Source: Lama glama
Lineage: Eukaryota
NCBI GenBank assembly: GCA_028534125.1
Contig: CM052817.1
Coordinates: forward strand, 9,426,001 to 9,490,000
Reading direction: 5' to 3'
Length of the DNA stretch: 64,000 nt
Notes under the pieces: model-generated
Seen by the model: the letters and a program-made list of their open reading frames with translations, nothing else
The model's database searches: none
What the model was told of the DNA's origin: nothing
Translations under genes and position numbers: made by a program
Part shown: one piece after another, positions 13,331 through 26,593 of the stretch
Layout of the letters: every line of letters begins with the position of its first letter
How positions within the stretch are numbered: the stretch's first letter is position 1

Positions 13331-13443
13331 CTTCATGCCTGCCTTTCCATCACCACCCTGTGGCACTCACTCCTCTCTCACTCTGTCATACCAGATTGAA
13401 GATCTCCAAAAAGTGTTGCATCCCCCACGAAGACTTCCCAAAA

Positions 13444-13890
13444 TGTAGTTGACTGTTATAATTGTTCCCCAGTGAATCACATCTCCCTGTTCTTGTGCCT
13501 AAAGCCCCCTCTCACATTGACTTTGAGCTTAGCCATGTGATTTGCTTTGGTCACAAGACAATAGAAAGTGTGATATAAGCAGATACGTGTTCACTGGGGC
13601 TTTCTCTTCCTTGCTGCTCTTTGGAATCTTCAACCCAAACTAGCTTCCTAAAAGAAAAGAAACCACTGAAGCAGAGATGAAGCATCCATTTGAGGACCTC
13701 TGAAACAAACATCCTGCCAGACACTAGACATATGAATGGAGCCATTATAGACCCTCCAGGATGCCAGTGAGCTTAGAGATCTGCCAAGCTAGCCCTGTGC
13801 AGAAAAGCAGCTGACCCAAAGAACTGTGAGAAATAATACATGTGTGTTATTTACGACTGGTTTGTTATGCAGCAAAAGCTAACAGACACA
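13444..13890 (+). mobile_element. MaLR solo LTR (MLT1F/G-like)
   Basis: TG...CA ends; ttagccatgtgatttgctttgg, gaactgtgagaaataata, ggtttgttatgcagcaaaagctaac. Confidence 0.75.
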
Positions 13891-15079
13891 CAAGAACTGT
13901 CTTGTTGAGCAGGTTCTTTCTCTTAGTTCTTTACCACACTGGTTCCCTTCTTATCTTTCAGAACTTGAGTAAAATGGCAACACTTTTGGATCCTAATCAT
14001 AATGATAGCTTTACACAAAATCATCAGCAATTGTTCTGAGATATATAGCTTCTGGTTGGCTGGAGCTATTACACGGCTTTTGCTAAATCCCTTTTATTAA
14101 TCTAGGTGACAATATTTATTGTACCCACTGCACTGTTCACCTCCATCCCTTTTATGCAGTAAAACCACTGTTATTCCTCCATTTTTACTTTAAAATTTCA
14201 CATTTTGTTTCCCTGCCTGCCATGTCAACAGATCTTTCTAAGATGCTCGATTTAGTTTAATAAATGTTTCTGGTTATCTATTCCACAATAGACTAAGCAC
14301 TGAACACTTACAGATAAGTAAACCATAGTTCCTACACTTGACAGGTTACAGCCATGGAGCAAACAACAAGTGAATAAATGGAGTGCAGAAAGCAGGATGC
14401 TTGTGACAACAGAAATACGAGCAGGGCAGAGCTAGCAGAGATGGGAGAAACGAGTGAGGGACAAGGATGCGAGGAAATGCTGCACCTACTGACTAGGGCT
14501 TCTTGGAGGTTGTTCTTCAAGCTGTACTTTAAAGGATGAGAGATGGACAAAACAGGAAAAGAGCATTCCAGGCTGAGAAGAAGACCATGAGTAATTCAAA
14601 TTGTTACCATACACAGGGGGCAGGTAACAAGGGTAGGGGAGACTTTAGGCAATCGTGTGTTACTAGAAAGTAAATTGGGGTGGGCAGACTGAGCAGGTGG
14701 GGGCAGACGACTGCAGGCAGCTCATGCCATTTCAAGGGATCTGGATGCTTCCAATGTCCTCTTGCACCTCCCTTTATCACATGAATTACAGGGCCAGGAA
14801 ATGGTGAGTTATCTGCAGCTCGACCACCTCTGCTCAATCTCCACCACCTTGACAGAGAGGTTTTCCATCTGCCTTTAAGATAACAACGTCCTGCTTGCTG
14901 ACTCTGTTCTCTCTTTCTCCTCTACACCAATGCCTCCCTCTCTCCACACCTCCACCAGCGTATCCCCCCACACCAGGCACGCTGTTTCTCTTGCCATTAT
15001 TGGTTTCATCACTAATGATCCCCTTCCTCCTCTCCTCATGTGTCAACTCATAGCACAAATGGAACAACTCTTAGATGAG

Positions 15080-15500
15080 AGCAGACATTCCAGACAGAGG
15101 CCAAGGTGTGATCAAAGATGAGTACAAGCTGACTTAAGGGCAGGATGGAGGCTGGAGTGAGAGGTGATGCCAACAGTGATTTTATTGGTTGAGCTAGAGT
15201 CAAAGGTTCGTGTTTTGGGAGCATTAAGTAGGAAAAGAAGGCCATAGTCAAATGTGGTGGACCTTGAATAATAGGCTAAGAAGTTTATATGTCTAGTATG
15301 AAGAAACCAAGAGCTTCTGAAGACATTTCACTGGATGATGCTATGTTATGCTGGGTGGAAGGGAGAGGGGTCAGCCACCGTACTGGTATAAATTGCATGA
15401 CACTGGAATAAAGAAAACTGTCATCTGAGCAAGCATGAGATGAAGGGACCCAGAAAGGATGGAAGAGCAATCATACCGTGTAAGGAAGTGTCATCATGCT
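15080..15500 (-). mobile_element. L2 LINE fragment
   Basis: cattccagacagagg...ggaccttgaataataggctaagaagttt. Confidence 0.45.
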
Positions 15501-16444
15501 CTGACTACGTGACAACAGTCATGTGTGGTATGTCCGGTAACGTGATAAGCCTTTCACCTAAGTTTGCTCATTTAACCTCATTAATCCCTCAGAATAGCCA
15601 CGTGGCTTAGACTCTGTTACCTCTGTCTCCCAATCAAGGACTGAGGCCCTGGAAGACTCGATGACTTGAGCAAGCTCACACGGCTGGTGGGAGATGGAAT
15701 GAAGCTTCAAGTCCACAGTCACGTTATGACATTTGGAATACTAATCAGAGAACACCTCCAGGCCCCGTGACAGGAGGCCCTGGCCCTCACAGGTCCCACA
15801 CAGCCCTAATTTAGACAAGCTTTTCCCCTTCTATCTGTTCAGATAGAAATATGTACTTGGCTCGCCTCCCACCTGCAATTTCACGTCAAAATGAGTTTTC
15901 TTTCCACATTCTCTTCTTTTGAGATCCATCCTCTATCCCTGTCATTAGTTTTCAAGTTGAAAGTGACCACAGAGGCCCCTTTGCCAGCACCTCCTCTCTC
16001 CTTTTGCACTTGAGTTACTATGATTTACTGGTTGCAGCCTCCCTGCTGATGGTGAGAGGGGGGGTCACCTGTCGTCTTGAAGGAGTCCGTTAGAGGCCAG
16101 TTACTGCTAAATGCAGTTATGTCCCTCCCGTGATGCTTTCTCTCCTTCACACCTGCAACCACTTTCTCATCCTGTCTGATGCTGCTTATCCCTCAGGCAT
16201 CCTCTGTCCTGCCTCCATCCGTCTTGAGCCGGTCCAGGCACTCACCCTGTAGCATGACTTGCCCACCTCACCCTGGACATCTCTCTTAGTTTGCTCTTGT
16301 GCCCCAATTTCTCACTTTCTAGCCATGAATGTCCAAACTCTCCACTTCTTTCAAGTCCAGCTGCCTACTCTCACACCTGGATCTTTACTATTTCCCCCCA
16401 GTTGTCCCTTGTGACTTATTTATACTTCATGTGTTGTCATTTAA

Positions 16445-16807
16445 TGAGGTTGACTGAATAATGGTCCCTCAAAGATGTCCACAACTTAATCCCCCACTAC
16501 CTGTGAACATGTTATCTTACGTGGTAAAAGGGGCTCTGCAGATGTGAATAAATTGATGGCTCTGAGATGGGAAGATTATCCTGGTTTTTCTGAGTAGCCC
16601 CAATGTAATCACAAGGGTCCTTACAAAGGGAAGAGAGAGGCAGGAAAGGAAGGGAGCGATGCAATGGGATGATGTGATGAATGAGAGGGACGAAAGCCGC
16701 CGCTGCTGGAGAACAGGGGTCATAAGCCGAGGAAGCAGGACAGCTTCTAGAAGGAAGAAAAGACAAGGAAATTGGTTCTCCTCTAGAGCCTCGAGAATGG
16801 AATGCAG
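16445..16807 (+). mobile_element. MaLR LTR (MLT1D/C-like), 3'-truncated
   Basis: gaataatggtccctcaaagatgtccac, acctgtgaacatgttatcttacgtggtaaaaggg, gagatgggaagattatcctgg, aatgtaatcacaagggtcctta, ttctcctctagagcctc. Confidence 0.85.
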
Positions 16808-17195
16808 AGATGAAGAAACTGAGGCCAAAGATTGTGTGGGCAATGAAGGATGAGGTTAGATTTCCCTAGCACCAGAGCCTGAGCTCTTTTGTGAAGCCTT
16901 CCTTCCCCGGTAGGCTTGCCAGAAACTAAATAAGTCTATGGTCTCAGTGAAGTAGAAGGTCTTAGGTCTTCTGAAGACCCTTCACTGAGGGTAGATGCCT
17001 CTCCTTATTGTACTTGTCATTCTACCATCTATAAGTTTTTGCATATCTGCATCCTCAGGGTTTAGCACAGTAATCAGCAGTAAATGTTGACTGAATAAGT
17101 GAATGATGATAATAGCCAGTGGTTATTGCAAGTTCACTATTTGTCGGGCACTGTTCACTGAATCTTTCCTGGCCTCAGTCTCCTGCTTTACAAAG

Positions 17196-17303
17196 TGGAT
17201 GGAGGGAGAGTTAGGTAGATGGGATGATTGGATGGGTGGATGGACAGTTAGGTAGACGGGATGGATGGATGGATGAAGAGAAATTTGGATGGATGTTTGG
17301 ATG
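17196..17303. repeat. Degenerate (GGAT)n repeat
   Basis: Directly visible. Confidence 0.85.
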
Positions 17304-18264
17304 CTTGATAGGGGATCATGTGTCTTAATATCTAGAAGATTTTTTACCAAAATACTGAATCTGATTGTAGCTCCCCTCCTTTGTGTGATTGCAAGCACGA
17401 TCAGCAGAGTGCAGAGCTGGGGTTGCTCTCTGGAGAGTCTTGATCCAACCATTCTGGGAATTAAGAAGTTAACTGCCCAGAAAATGCTTTAAAAATACAA
17501 TTAGGAAGAAGTTTCATGAAGAAATAACAAACAAATTGCTGGACTCTGTCATACTATATGCATGTCTCTTTTTTAGGGCTTTTTTAAGTTCAAATTTATA
17601 GCTTTAAAAAAAGTTTATTGTTTAGCTAACTATTCCTCACAGTAGGGCAAAGCAAGTAGATTATAGGATAATATTTTATTCATCCCTTTATTTCTACTAT
17701 AAAGCATAGAATCTGAAATACATTGTTTTTCAATAAATACCAAATAAATGAATGAGGGAAAGAACTTGATTACTACCAGTGCACATTTGAATATAGAGAG
17801 TTTATAAACGTGTCATTCTTTCAACAAATGCTAGTTTTAAAAAGCCTGCTATCCCCAAGGCCCTGTCCTGCTCACATGGAGGGATGTACGTGATACTTTC
17901 GAAGCCAGCATAACTTTGTATTGGCTGCACATGGAGAAACTGAGGAATCAGGTCACTGATTAAAGAGTTCCATTAACACAGCAAACATCTACTGACCACT
18001 GACAGCATGCCAGTGAGTAGTGGGGACTTTGCGAAGAGCCTGAAATTTCATGCCAGGGACCACGTATGGTCACTGAAGGGCTCTGCATAGGGTGCTGAAA
18101 TCGGAGCTGAGCTGCAGAAAGAAAGGGAAGAGAAAATGCGATTCTCCAATTGAAGAATAGCTGAACATTTCCTCCCGTAAACTCTGAGCCACGTGTGTCT
18201 ATATTGTCTCTGTTGAGTTCTGCTTGATTATCTAAATCTCAAAGACGAGAATTTTGCAGTATCA

Positions 18265-18480
18265 CTGCGTGGTAACGGAGAACATATACTCTGAAGTCAA
18301 AAAGACCTGATTTCATGTCCTGGCTGTGCTTCTTATTAAGAGAACTATCTTGTGCAAGTAAGAATCTCTGAAAAATGGGAGAAATAATAGTACCTCTTAC
18401 ACAGCATTACAGTGAGAATTAAATGATGTAATAAATGTAAAGGACTAAGTTCTATGCACGGCACATAGTAACCACTTGGT
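18265..18480 (+). mobile_element. MIR SINE
   Basis: ctctgaagtcaaaaagacctg...aataatagtacct...gtgagaattaaatga...gcacggcacatagtaa. Confidence 0.7.
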
Positions 18481-19359
18481 GAACACCTGGTAACCGGAGC
18501 ACAGTAGACACTGGGTGGATGAGGCTAATCAGTCTTGGGGCACCTAACGTGTGACAAGTACTCCATTCCTTGCTTATACACATGTACTTAGTGAGCTCTA
18601 TAAGGCCTTTTCTAGGCGCCAGGCACTACCAAGGACTGCGGTCACAGCAAAGAAGACAAAGCAGGAGCAAAAGTCCTTCCCTTCAGGGGCTCCTATCCTG
18701 GTGACACTTCTTAATCCTCATCATGTGCGTCAGTGTCCTCCTCTGTGAGTTGGTAATACGAGCTGAACTTTCCTCCCAGGGTTGAAAAAGGAATTCGGTT
18801 ATTAAATGTGAAGTGCTTCAAACAGCATGTGTCACAGCATAGGGGCTATATAAGGACTTGCTGTCTAAACAATAGCTATTCTTATTATTATTATTAGGAT
18901 TGTCCGCTTTTTGTATCCCTGGCACCAGCTACAGAGCTAATTGTAAGGATTATTATCTGTCTTTTACAAAGAGGTTGCGTAGTTCTATTAAAATAAACAA
19001 TTTGTAAAGGCAGAGCCAGAACTTGAGCAAAATCTGTCTCCAACATTAATACTCTTACGCACTACAAACATTCCCAGTTCCCTCTCCACCTGCCCTTGAG
19101 AAAGATTTATTTTATATGCACTGACTAGTATAAACAATTATACCACACACGTCCTTTCCCAGAGTCATTTAAGTTCTTAATAAATGGGTTTTCCTGATCT
19201 TTCAGTGATGAATGACAGAATTAGCAGCATCTTTGGAATTTTTACTCCCAGGCTGACTTCATTAGCCTTGTTCATAGACCAGGCAGGGCAGACAATGTTA
19301 GGTCCTGTAAAACAAGGAAAGAAGTTCTCGTAGGATGCAGCAGCTTGCTCTGATTACCC

Positions 19360-19859
19360 NNNNNNNNNNNNNNNNNNNNNNNNNNNNNNNNNNNNNNNNN
19401 NNNNNNNNNNNNNNNNNNNNNNNNNNNNNNNNNNNNNNNNNNNNNNNNNNNNNNNNNNNNNNNNNNNNNNNNNNNNNNNNNNNNNNNNNNNNNNNNNNNN
19501 NNNNNNNNNNNNNNNNNNNNNNNNNNNNNNNNNNNNNNNNNNNNNNNNNNNNNNNNNNNNNNNNNNNNNNNNNNNNNNNNNNNNNNNNNNNNNNNNNNNN
19601 NNNNNNNNNNNNNNNNNNNNNNNNNNNNNNNNNNNNNNNNNNNNNNNNNNNNNNNNNNNNNNNNNNNNNNNNNNNNNNNNNNNNNNNNNNNNNNNNNNNN
19701 NNNNNNNNNNNNNNNNNNNNNNNNNNNNNNNNNNNNNNNNNNNNNNNNNNNNNNNNNNNNNNNNNNNNNNNNNNNNNNNNNNNNNNNNNNNNNNNNNNNN
19801 NNNNNNNNNNNNNNNNNNNNNNNNNNNNNNNNNNNNNNNNNNNNNNNNNNNNNNNNNNN
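19360..19859. other. Assembly gap (500 N)
   Basis: Run of N. Confidence 0.99.
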
Positions 19860-20299
19860 GTTCTATTCTTATTACTGCAACTTTAAAAATTCATACCTAA
19901 GAACTGGAGAAATACAAGAACAAGTCTTTGTTCACTTGGCCTTCATGGTCTGCCTCAGTCCTTTGGAACACCCATTCCAGAAGAACAGAACCGTGTTTAT
20001 TTTGAGAATCACTTTATCTTAAGCCTAGATAGAGCCTGCCACAAGGTGGGTGGTTGCTGAACTATTTGCCAAATGGGTGAAAGACAAATAAGTGATTAAT
20101 CATTCTCATTTAAAAATTCAAAGGGGTCCCTGATTTATCATAGTTATATCAGGCTGATCCTACCAAGAATCCCAGGCTTCTAGCCAAATTTGAGTTGAAC
20201 AGACCACTCTCTCCAGAAGTGTAAACAGAATGTCACATGAATTCATGGGTTTCTACACACAGGCTGGTGTCTCCCAACTGCCCTTTCTACCAGTGCCAC

Positions 20300-20390
20300 G
20301 AAGAGTAAGGTATAAGGGTCTGTTGTGATCACTGCCAAATCCCCAGTCCCTAGAACAGTGTCTGCCATACAGTAGTCCCTTGATTAATGA
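20300..20390 (+). mobile_element. L2 3' end
   Basis: tcactgccaaatccccagtccctagaacagtgtctgccatacagtag. Confidence 0.65.
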
Positions 20391-21824
20391 AAATGAGATT
20401 TCTTCTGGCAGTTCTTCTCAAAAAATGAACTTGAGCCTTTCCCCCTTTTGGATCAGCACTCTGTTCACTCCATCAGCACTTACATACACAGCCATCGTCC
20501 CTTAACTATCATCCCTGTGACTTTGGATAAATCAAGGGAAGTTATTCATGTGAAAGAAAAAAGTTCAAAACCCAAGAATTCAAATCCAGTGAATAATACT
20601 CTTTAAATCAAAGAGATTATTCATTAAAAACTAAAATTGGCTGAAGGACAAGTCACCTTGGAGAGCTAGCCAGGTCAGGTAACACAGAAGGCCCACCCTG
20701 TGATTTTATGGTCCACAGTCTGCTTACAAACTCAGAGTTCAGCCTCCTCTGGACATGGGATCCGTGGCAAACCCTGTACGAATGTGAATCGCTACCATTT
20801 ATGTGGGCTCCCTCCCTGTTTGAGGATAGCTCTGACCTCTGATATTTTCCCTGCTGCTTCCTTTGCAAATCCTTCAAAATCCCATGTCCTCCCCCAGGAT
20901 CCTGAGGACCCCATCCACTGCTTAGATGCTGAACTGCTTCCCAGTTGAGAGAGGCCCCCACACCCCATGCTCCCTCACTCTCTTGTTGCACTGGAAGAGG
21001 ACTTCAGGGCATAGAAAAGAGAAGAACATGGAGAAGGTCTCATGCTAACTAGCTTCACAGCCCGGTATCAGGACCACGGGCACAGGAGAAACAGTTCTGG
21101 AATTGACCCTTTGGTGTTCCTTAACACAACCAACCCAGCCCGTGTCTTCTCTTTCCCACAAAAGTGTCCTCTAGGAAGGAGAGAGCTTATTTAATAAGCA
21201 CCATCGAGCACTTATCCTGTTCTAAGGGTATTACAGGTATTGACTCACTTTGTCCTCGAAAACAATCCTATGAATTAGCTACTAATTATGCTCACCAAAT
21301 ATTTCCAGCTCTCCACCTCCCAGGCACCTCCTGAGCCCTGTAGTTGGGTAAGTTCATGTAACTGGTTCCTATCAGTAAGATGTGAGCCAGGTAATGTGTG
21401 TACATTTGACAGCCAGACCCTCCAAAGCACCCTTTTCCCTCTGCCATGGGTACCATGCCAATTTCTCCATTAAGAAGCAGTTTCTCACACATTGTACCCT
21501 TGCCGCAAACCTATAATACAATCTCAATTTCCATGATGAAGAAACCGACGTTAGGAGAAACCAAGTGTGTTTCTCAAGGTCACATGGATGATAATAGTTA
21601 GAGATTGGGCTCTGATTCAGGGTTTTTTTTTTAAACTTTACTTTGTAGAAACAGGTGGGTAATTGTAACAGTGAGCTTCTGACAAGGCAGAGCAGAGCCC
21701 AAGCCAATCCTCCATGAAAATGGAGAGTCACAGAGATATAAATCTTAGCTGTTGTAAACCACTGAGGTCTAGGGGTTATTGCCTGGGCCTCTCCTGACTC
21801 ATTCTAGGAGGCAGATCCTAGAAT

Positions 21825-21960
21825 TGTCCTGTTTTTGAGGATGAGGAAATTGAAGTCTAGTAATATTAAGAAACTTGCCCAAGGTCACACAGCTAGTAAG
21901 CAGTGGAGTTACTACTTGAACCCAGATGGTTTGGGAAAGAGTTCCTCTCACTGCTATTTC
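21825..21960 (-). mobile_element. MIR SINE
   Basis: gatgaggaaattgaag...aacttgcccaaggtcacacagctagtaag...ttgaacccag. Confidence 0.8.
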
Positions 21961-22050
21961 AGCTGGTTTATCACCCAGCAGGTGATGCTGCCCACAGCCC
22001 AGCATCCACAGAGACACTGCAGCATCTGCCTGTGATGATCATGGAGGAAG

Positions 22051-22512
22051 TGTGTTTTAGGGCTGCCATAAAAAATTACCAAAACCTGGATGGCTTAAAA
22101 CAACTGATATTTGTTCTCTCATAGTCCCGGAGACCAGAAGTCTGAGATCAAGGTATCAGCAGGGCCATGCTGCCTCTGAAGGTTCTAGGGGAGAATCCAT
22201 TCCTTGCCTCTTTCAGCTTCTGGTGCCCCACGTGCTCCTTGGTTCATGGCCACATTACTCCTTTCTCTGCCCCCATTACCACATCGCTTCCTCCTCTTCT
22301 CTGTGTGTCTCTCCTCTGTGTATCTCTCCTCTGTGTATCTTTTAAAAGGACACTCGTCATTGAATTTAGGACCTACCTGGATATTCCATTATGATCTCCT
22401 CATCTCAGGATCCTTGATTTAAGGGTGTTTGCAAAGACCCTATTTTCCAAAAGAATCACATTCTGAGGTTTGGGGTGGACACAGAGTTTGGGGACACTAT
22501 TCAAGCCAATAG
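22051..22512 (-). mobile_element. MaLR solo LTR (MLT1C-like)
   Basis: agggctgccata...tggcttaaaacaac...ccagaagtctgagatcaagg...ctaggggagaatcc...gcaaagaccctattttccaaa...gacactattcaa. Confidence 0.9.
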
Positions 22513-24305
22513 CGAAGGGGAATGCCAGACACCTACTGAGGTCACTGCCTCCACCATCTTTCCCAGAAATGAGTGGACATTGACAAAAATAAAAATTTAA
22601 ACTCCGAAAGAGATTAGAAAACTGTCAAAGTCACACAAAGTTGGAGATGGGGGTTGGGGAGCCCTGAACAGAGGGGGAGGAGAAGGAATCAGGAGTTGAG
22701 CCCTTGACCAGGTTAAGCCACTCCACTTTTTGAAATCACAGAATTGATGAGCTCTCACTCTTTAAGTCTCAGTCCCCTTAGACTCCTTCTTGTGTTAGGC
22801 AAAATTCTGCAGCAATGGGTATCCACTTTATGTCATAGGCTTGTCTCCCTTTCCCACTTGGAGGGAAGAGCTGGGATCCAGCTGGTGGTCTTCCAGTTTC
22901 CCTAGGGAAGAGTAAATGGGAGCTCTTGCCTTATGACCAGGAAGGATGTAACTACTGGGTCCTAGAAACAGAGACAGGGAAGAAGTTTCCTCAAGAACTT
23001 GGCCTGCGGATGCCGTGTTTGGTTGGACTTGCCTGTTCTCCAGAGTAACCTTCACTCTCCACTGTCCTGTACACAGCCAGATCACTCAGTTATCTTCTGG
23101 TCCCACAAAGCAGTAAAGTCTGAGCCTCCTTGGGATATATAAAATTAATGTACCTCACCATCAAGAGAATTAATTTTTTTCTGAATATTCTTGTCTGGTC
23201 TACATTAAAAATTTGTAATCCTACTCCACATTAAAAATTTGTAATCCTGCTCCTCATGCAACTGACCTCATTTCTTGAGCACTAATAACCTTAGCCATAT
23301 TATGCATTTGTTGGTCCCTATCCTCTCTGCCAAAATCCACCCCCTCCTTCCTGCCCTGAGTCATATTACAATGGTTCCAATATTGAAGGGTCCCATGCCC
23401 CAAGAGTTACTCTCTAATCACTAGGCTTCTTTACTCACCACAGTAAGGAAGACCAAAGAAGAGTTTCTGTTACCCCTTGATGCCAGAGATTTTTTGCCAC
23501 CTGCAGGATTGCACTGATAGCGAGATGGCTATTGCAGAGATGAAGGGACTGTCCTAAAACCAGACAGACCCAGGCTCTGCATTTGACTTGTTGAGAAGAC
23601 TTGCATAGGGAAACCCCAAGTCTTAGCGCTCCATGCCTTCATATCTAAATAGAGATAGCCACAGCCTACTTGTAAACATTAGATGATAAGATGGAAATGA
23701 AATCACTTCTTATGGTGCAGAAGTACAAATACACAAGATTGCTGCTATTTTTCAACCTGTGCGCTTCCAGTACCTCCTACATGAAGTGATTCTTCTATCC
23801 ACATCCAGGACTGCCAACAAATCCTTGGTTTCTTCAGTTTGCAAAAGCTGCTGACAAAGCCCATTGGAAGGCACATGTGGGTAATCAGAGACAGGACTTC
23901 AAGGGGGAACACCAGTACCATCATCAGTAAGGTTCTGGTGCGTCTTCAGGAGAAATGCTTCCTTCCTGCCCATCCACCCCCAGCAATTGCTCTCAAGTTC
24001 CCCTCAAAGAATGATTATAACTTGATCCTCAATGTGGCTGCTCATGTCAATGATAATCATCTCCATCGTCTGTAACTGTTGAAACCTGCTGAATCTCCAT
24101 CACCACCCACCCTCAGAATAGGAATAAGAATTAAGCACATCGCCAACAGATGTGACCAAATAAGGGAGAGGAAATATAGGAATCCACAGTGAACTCTTCC
24201 TGCTGTGCATTCCTCCATCTACTTTACTGCGACATGGAGAGATACAAATTAAAGAGAATAAACATTTATTAATGCCTTCCATATGCCACCATTTCTCTTA
24301 ACCCC

Positions 24306-24748
24306 TGTGTATCAGCTGGGCTTGTCTAGAGAAACAGAACCCAAAGAGACAGAGAGAGAAAGAGACAGAGAGATCTATAAAAGTATATACATATATAATC
24401 CCTATGCATGCGTGTGTATGTGTGTATATTATTTTTTTAAGGAATTTCCTCATGTGATTGGAGTCTGCCAAATCCAAAATCTGTAGGGCAAACCATTAAG
24501 CTGGAAATTGCATCAGGATGTCTACGTTACAGTCTTGAGGTAGAATTTCCTTCTTCTCCAGGAAACCTCAGTTTTTTGCTCTTAAGTGTTCTTGGATTGG
24601 ATGGGGGCCATCCATATTATTGAGTCTAGTCTCCCTTACTTAAAAGTCAATTGATTATCAATGCTAATCCTACCTACAAAATATCTTTCCAGCAACATCT
24701 AGACTGGTGTTTGGCCAAACGACTGATTGGGAGATAAGTGACCATCAC
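24306..24748 (-). mobile_element. ERVL LTR (MLT2C/D-like)
   Basis: agagaaacagaacc, taaggaatt, ggaaacctcagtttt, cagcaacatctagactggtgtttg, ...ccatcac end. Confidence 0.85.
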
Positions 24749-25208
24749 TCCCTGTGTGGAAGGCTGTGGTAGACCGTCAGTGTGGGGAAACTGAAGCTCC
24801 AGGACGTTAGATAATCACCCAAGGTGAACCAACACTTGTGCAAAGGGGAGATAGAATGTGACCCTAGATGAAGTCCGCTCTCTCCACTCCAGCATATTAT
24901 GCTCTGGGGAGACAACTGAACTTGTAAAATAGGCAAACTACAAAAGTGGCCCTAGGAAAAAGACTGCCTGGAAAAAAAGTATGGCTAACCCTAACAACTC
25001 ACTTCTTTCCTAAAGGATATGATATTAGTGGAAAAAAGAGTTTGACCAACTTTACTGTACTGCCTGGGTTCTTTAGAGTCTTGCTACCTAAACTTTAATC
25101 TCCAGACCAGCAGCATCTGCATCACCTGGGAGCTCGTCAGAAATGCAGAATCTCAGGCCCCGTTCAGACCCGCTGAATCAGAAGGATCATTTTAGCAAGA
25201 GCTTCAGG

Positions 25209-26593
25209 TGTATGCGTTTTCTCTTTCTACATAGCAAATTACCATAAATTGAGAGACTGAAAACAATACTCATGTATTAGCTTCCACTGCTGTAGGTCGG
25301 AAGTTGGGGTGGGGTGCAGTACAGGGCCAGGTGATATACTCAGAATTTATAAGCCCCAAACCAAGGTATTGGCCTGGCCTCTCTTACCTGAGGGGTATCT
25401 GCTTCAAAGCTATTCAGATTATTGGCAGGAATCATTTTCTTGTGATCGTAGGACTGAGATCTTCACTTCCTGGCTGGCTGTGAACTGAGGTCCACTCTCT
25501 GCATCTGCATTTCTTTTCACATGGCCTCCCCCACATTCAAAGCAGCAACAACACACTGGATCCTTCTCACCCTTGGAATCTCTCTGACATCCAGTGTTGC
25601 CACCAACCAGCCAGAAGCAGCTCTCTGCTTTTTAAGGCTCATGTGATCAGATGAGGCACATCCAGATAATCTCCCTGTCTTAAGATCAACTGTGCTGTAT
25701 CATCAAACACAATCACCAGAGTGGTATCTCCCCATATTTACAGGTTCTGCGGATTAGCCTGTATGATATGTGTTTTTTTCTAGCACCTCAAGTAATTCTC
25801 CAATTCTCAGTGAAAACTGACCTGATATTCCACAAATTTAATTCAATTCTGACACTATGTATCTGGAGACAGTCCAGGTTGTCATCTGTGCTTCTGATTG
25901 ACCAGCTATAGATAGGAGGTTCCCACAACCTCTTTCTCCTCAGGATCAATTAATTTTCTAGGGCAGCTCACAGAACTCAGAAAAATATTTTACTTACTAC
26001 ATTACTGTTTATTGTGAAAGGATATAACTCAGGAACAGCCAGATGGAAGAAATGCATAGGACAAGTTATGTGGGAAGGGACACAGAGCTTCTATGCCTGC
26101 CCTCTCCATGCATTCCACCCTCATGCTCACCAACCCAGAAGTTCTCCAAAGCCCTTCCTTTTGGTTTTAACGGAGGCTTCATTACATAACATTGATTGAT
26201 TAAGTCATTGGCCATTGGAGATTGATTGAACCTCCAGCCTCTTTTCCCTCCCTGGAGGTAGGGGTGGCGGGGGCAGAGATGGGGAGACAGAGTTCCAATC
26301 CTCCAATTACATGGTTAGGACCCTTTGCCACCAGCCCCCATCCTTTGGTGATTTCCAAAAATTACCTCACTAACATAAACTCAGGTGAGGTTGAAAGACA
26401 TTTGTTATGAGTATTAAGATATTTTCATCACTCTCGTCATTTAGTAAATTCCAAGGGTTTTAAAAGCTCTGTGCTAGGAACAGGGACAACAATACAAACT
26501 TGTATTTCTGATTATAAGTCACAATTATCACAAGTGCGACATCTTTAGGAGGCTGGGGGGCGGGGGGGTCATCCTTGAACTCTGCCTACCACA
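25209..26593 (-). mobile_element. MaLR LTR (MLT1E-like) split by MER21 (pieces ~25209-25760 and 26533-26593)
   Basis: TGTA start, caaattacca, ttggcagga, taggactgag, ggctcatgtgatcagat, ccagataatctccct, terminal tctgcctaccaca. Confidence 0.8.
25761..26532 (-). mobile_element. ERV LTR (MER21B/C-like)
   Basis: aattcaattctgacacta, gctcacagaactcag, aaaggatataactcaggaacagccagatggaaga, ggaggcttcattaca, ttccaagggtttta, terminal cacaattatcaca. Confidence 0.85.

Noticed and set aside
19335..19886. 183-aa ORF
   Set aside because: Almost entirely N gap.
21649..21654. Possible 6-nt microexon (ttgtAG|aaacag|GTGGGT)
   Set aside because: It adjoins a MIR-like region, has no supporting gene context and can easily arise by chance.
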